DNA of 64,000 bases, taken from positions 24,749 through 88,748 of the IMG/VR virus record IMGVR_UViG_3300042939_001032. One strand, given 5' to 3'. The notes under the pieces are model-generated. The model searched no databases. It saw nothing but the letters and a program-made list of their open reading frames with translations, and was not told where the DNA came from. Below are positions 63,808-64,000 of this stretch, piece after piece (positions within the stretch are counted from its first letter, which is position 1; each line of letters starts with the position of its first letter). Made by a program: the position numbers and the translations under genes. Source of the DNA: a virus. Its lineage: Duplodnaviria > Caudoviricetes.

Positions 63808-64000
63808 AATACAGTACCTCGTAGTCGTCTTTAAACAACGATGTCACAGCCTCGAGTATTTGCTAGAGGTGGCTGTAACCCCCACCCCCGAACTGTGACA
63901 ATCGACGCCCCACGTACGCTCGTAGAGCGCGTTGTGCCCGCCGGCCCGCCACGACCCCGGTGGCCCGGCCTCGACGCGTGGGCGCCGGATAAAAACCCAG

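Noticed and set aside
1-64000. Stop-codon reassignment, tRNA genes, integrase, or reverse transcriptase/DGR
   Set aside because: Genes end normally at TAA, TAG and TGA with dense standard-code coding. No cloverleaf, integrase or RT motifs were seen by eye; tRNAscan was not run.

Overview
The window is a 64-kb segment of a large lytic contractile-tailed dsDNA phage, very probably a cyanophage. Evidence for the host: PhoH, Hsp20, a SigF/SigB-like sigma factor, a Mo-nitrogenase C-terminal-like protein, a DUF4278 peptide and a glutamine riboswitch. Structural genes include the terminase large subunit, baseplate (gp5/OB, P2-I-like, J, gp25), a hub carrying four cell-wall modules, a tube initiator, tape measure and tail fibres. 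Other genes cover nucleotide metabolism (NrdA-glutaredoxin fusion, NrdB, ThyX, a ThyA homologue, a dNMP kinase, a dUTPase/dCTPase-like enzyme), replication (SF3 helicase, primase, 5'-3' exonuclease, probable SSB), lysis and a MoxR/VWA pair. Main unexplained signals: (1) a short peptide tag, consensus (S/K)VPEGW(S/R)V, plus x-[ASG]-[ED] boundary sites, shared by at least 7 otherwise unrelated proteins including an ADP-ribosyltransferase and an HNH nuclease, a candidate capsid-cargo addressing and processing system; (2) a ThyA homologue with the Asn-to-Asp change that switches specificity to dCMP, present alongside ThyX, pointing to a modified-cytosine genome; (3) a tandem glutamine riboswitch upstream of two peptides missing from the ORF track; (4) a two-class promoter code: sigma70-type sites before metabolic genes and a GTTTAAAG box before late genes. 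All calls come from reading motifs by eye. No database searches were run and GC statements are visual estimates.
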